Assembly (NCBI GenBank): GCA_963751275.1
Contig: CAVVTZ010000013.1
Coordinates: forward strand, 1 to 55,177
Source of the DNA: an uncultured Gemmatimonadaceae bacterium
Lineage (GTDB): Bacteria; Gemmatimonadota; Gemmatimonadetes; Gemmatimonadales; Gemmatimonadaceae
DNA length: 55,177 nt
Direction of reading: 5' to 3'
Both the position numbers and the translations under genes were made by a program. Every line of letters begins with the position of its first letter. Position 1 is the first letter of the stretch. The notes under the pieces were generated by a model. It saw only the letters and a list, made by a program, of their open reading frames with translations, had not been told where the DNA came from and searched no databases. Positions 52,574-55,177 of this stretch are shown in pieces.

Positions 52574-53705
52574 TCAATTCACCACCCTATATCTCACCGC
52601 CATCCCTTCCTCATTGTGGAACGACACGTGGCAGTGGAACAGCCAGATCCCCACGTCGTCCGGCGTCATGTTGGCGATCGCCATTTGCATGGGGCCGAGG
52701 AAGGTGACATCTGTGCGCATGCCGGCGATCGTCACCGTGTTCCCGTGCCAGTGCGGCGAATGGAAATCGAAATCGCTCGTGGAGGCCATGAGGTACCATC
52801 GCACGCGCTCGCCCTTCTTGATCGTGAGCGCCGGCAACGGCATGCTGCCGCGGATGAAGCCGTTGATCGTGAACTTCACGAACCATGGGTAGATCGACTG
52901 CGGGAGCGAAGGATTCGGGATCGGGCCCAATTTCCCCAGAGAGTCCTTCGGCGGCAGATTCTGGTCGCGCAGCCAGCTGTCCTGCTCCTCCACCTGCTCG
53001 AAATCGGCGATGATCTCCCGGTCCACGTCCGCCGGGCGACCCATCGGCGCGCGCCTTGCCGCGTGCCGTGATGATGATTGCGCCCATGAGCCCGGTGTTG
53101 ATGTCCTTCACCTCTTCCACGTGCGAGTGGTACATCCACATCACCGAGCTGCCGTCCATGGGGCCGGGTCCCGCGCGCGCAGGCACCTCCCACACGTACG
53201 TGTATGTCGAGCCCGGCGCCACCGCGTCGTCGCGCTTGTCGGCCGCGCCCGTGCTGTCGTTGTACGGCACGCCCTCGGAGTTCTTCTCATAGAACACACC
53301 GTGCGGATGCACGCTGTACGGCCGGTTCGCATTGTTCCGGAAGACGACACGGATCGTGTCGCCCACGACGGCGTGGATGACGGGACCGAGGAAGCCGAGG
53401 TGCTCCCATTGCGACGCGCGCGGCTTGAGGGCGTGGAAGGTGCTGTCCGTGTACTCGCGATAGAGCACCTTCTTGTACGTCGTGCTGACTGCGCGCGGCG
53501 GCCCGCTGGCGAAGAACGCGGAGTCCGTGTACGGCACGCCGGCGATCTCATCGCGTCCGCCGGGCACATAATCCCAGGTGACGTTGTCGGCGGCGATGTA
53601 GTAGACGCGTACCTGCGGGCGGGGCGAGGCGTGCTGCGCACCGGTGGTGACCGCCAAGCCGGCGAGGAGCAGCAGGGTGATAAGAACGCGGACCGAAGGC
53701 GGCAT
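52574..53705 (-). CDS. Two-domain multicopper oxidase, ceruloplasmin-like; frameshift near 53045
   Basis: YYIAADNVTWDY, HPHG, WMYHSH, HSPHWHG, WLFHCHVSFHNEEGM. Confidence 0.88.
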
Positions 53706-53741
53706 CCTTGGCCTCCCGAAGTAGGTGGAACGACGGGACCG

Positions 53742-54302
53742 TCAGATCCTCGTAAGCCCCTCGAAGAACTCCGGCAGCTCGATCGCGAGCGGTTCGACGC
53801 CGGGTACCGGTTCCCATTCGAGGCGCCCGTCGATCTCCTCCGGCCTCGAATCATCCGGCCGCCAGCGCGAGATCAAACGGGCATCGACGTCCACGATCCA
53901 GTACTCGGGCACCCGCTCGCGCTGGAAGAGGCGCCGCTTCACCATGCGGTCGGCACGCTGGCTGCTCGGACTCAATACCTCCACGGCGAGCAGCAGCTTC
54001 ACCTCGCTCCACTCGCGCGGCATGCGCCCCTCGAATGGCAAGGAAACGAACACATCGGGCTGCACCAGCGTGCGTGGCCCGAACGCAATGTCCGCCGGCG
54101 ACGTAAGCGCAACGCCGATCCGGTGTGCCCGGACGTACGCATGCAGCCGCTCCCGCAGCTCCCCGACGGCGTATTGATGGAGGAACCGCGGCGCCGGGTT
54201 CACGAACAACTCGCCGTCGATGATCTCGTAGCGATTCCCGTCCTCGGGGAGCGCGTGGACCATCTCCACCGTCCAATCGACCGCGGAATTCGGCATGGCC
54301 AT
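53742..54302 (-). CDS. Uma2/DUF820 putative endonuclease
   Basis: RYEIIDGEL..P...H, VQPDV, AVEVLSPS, VPEYWIVD. Confidence 0.92.
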   Translation of the reverse strand: MAMPNSAVDWTVEMVHALPEDGNRYEIIDGELFVNPAPRFLHQYAVGELRERLHAYVRAHRIGVALTSPADIAFGPRTLVQPDVFVSLPFEGRMPREWSEVKLLLAVEVLSPSSQRADRMVKRRLFQRERVPEYWIVDVDARLISRWRPDDSRPEEIDGRLEWEPVPGVEPLAIELPEFFEGLTRI

Positions 54303-54508
54303 ACTATGGGCTCCTTGGCGCCGGGTAAGCAATAGTGCATCGGGCATCGTAGCGCCCGGCGGGATCAGCGCTGGCATCGGATCGATGCGCATCAAAGCGA
54401 ATCGACGAGTGGTGACGCCGCTGAGACAGTTGCCGTGACACTCCGCGCGATCCGCTCCGTACTATCGTGCAGTCCTGATGCCCAATGGCCCCCCTCACCA
54501 GGCATTCA

Positions 54509-55177
54509 ATGCTCCGTCCCCTCGTCATTCTCTCCAGCCTCGCTCTCGCCGCGTGCGGCACGAGCGCGCAGACCGAGCTCCCCGCGGGCGGAACCACCGT
54601 CCCCATGACCATGCTGTACGGGACCCGCGCCGTCATCGAAGTCTCGATCAACGGCCGCGGCCCGTACCGCTTCGCCATCGAGACCGGCGCGCCAATGCTC
54701 CTCGTCACGCAGAAAGTGGCCGACGCCCTCGCGCTGCCCGAGGTGAAGTCAATGATCCAGATGCACGGCCCGCCAGGCTCCGCGCCCATGACCCAGCACA
54801 CCATCGACTCCATCCGCATCGGCACCATGCTCATGCGCAATGTTCGCGTGATCGCCGGCCAGGAATTCATCGCCGGCGTGGACGGTCTCCTCGGCCTGCC
54901 CGCCTACAAGGATCTCCTCATCACGCTCGACTATCCCGCCAAGCAGGTGCGCTTCGAGCGCGGCGCGCTGCCGGAGCCGAACGGCCAACGACATCTTCCC
55001 CACCGTCGCACTCGGCCCCTACTATGGAGTACAGGTCGACGTCGCCGGCAGGAAGTTCAACGCCGTGATCGACACGCAATCGGGCTCGGCGATCGCCATC
55101 GTGCCGCCCATGGCCGACAGCATGCCCTTCGAGACCCCGCCCGCCGACGTCGGGATCTCCGCGGTGGGCGGTTCTGG
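54509..55177 (+). CDS. Retropepsin-like two-domain aspartyl protease lipoprotein (runs off the window; not in the ORF track)
   Basis: MLRPLVILSSLALAACG; INGRGPYRFAIETGA, DGLLG, ITLDYP, second motif VIDTQS. Confidence 0.78.
   Translation, partial: MLRPLVILSSLALAACGTSAQTELPAGGTTVPMTMLYGTRAVIEVSINGRGPYRFAIETGAPMLLVTQKVADALALPEVKSMIQMHGPPGSAPMTQHTIDSIRIGTMLMRNVRVIAGQEFIAGVDGLLGLPAYKDLLITLDYPAKQVRFERGALPEPNGQRHLPHRRTRPLLWSTGRRRRQEVQRRDRHAIGLGDRHRAAHGRQHALRDPARRRRDLRGGRFW

Noticed and set aside
52574..53705. Copper nitrite reductase NirK
   Set aside because: NirK carries the type-1 Cys in domain 1; here domain 1 has HSH and domain 2 has HCH with trinuclear-site His pairs
53742..54302. Uma2 nuclease as the mobiliser of the palindromes or as a defence system
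   Set aside because: A common multi-copy family; no element flanks it and no partner genes are present

Overview
A high-GC bacterial chromosomal window. Gene content and style point to Gemmatimonadota (inference): ADOP-type duplicated permeases with PadR regulators, a Hanks kinase, a pilin-like AIAIPKFANTKEKAY family protein and a Sec-type nosZ. Many genes are broken by single-base indels, most likely long-read errors. An abrupt in-frame uvrA/acr3 junction near 3337 looks like a chimeric join or a deletion. Main content: acr3-arsC; a c-di-GMP-I riboswitch ahead of a 78-aa orphan; an operon of a GcvT-family gene plus two phytoene-dehydrogenase/PYROXD2-like oxidoreductases; a clade II N2O reductase cluster (nosZ, nosB-nosL fusion, nosDFY, cupredoxin, nearby cytochrome c) divergent from an NsrR-like regulator with a candidate NsrR box; three ADOP permeases; several peptidases; a two-domain ceruloplasmin-like multicopper oxidase. 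The most unusual signal is non-coding. Many intergenic gaps carry palindromic REP/REPIN-like elements from several unrelated families, often built on a 7-bp period. Some bracket single genes, two sit at the same distance from paralogous PadR promoters, and flanking DNA appears to flip from G/T-rich to C/A-rich across them. No tRNA, rRNA, CRISPR array, integrase or transposase was recognised.
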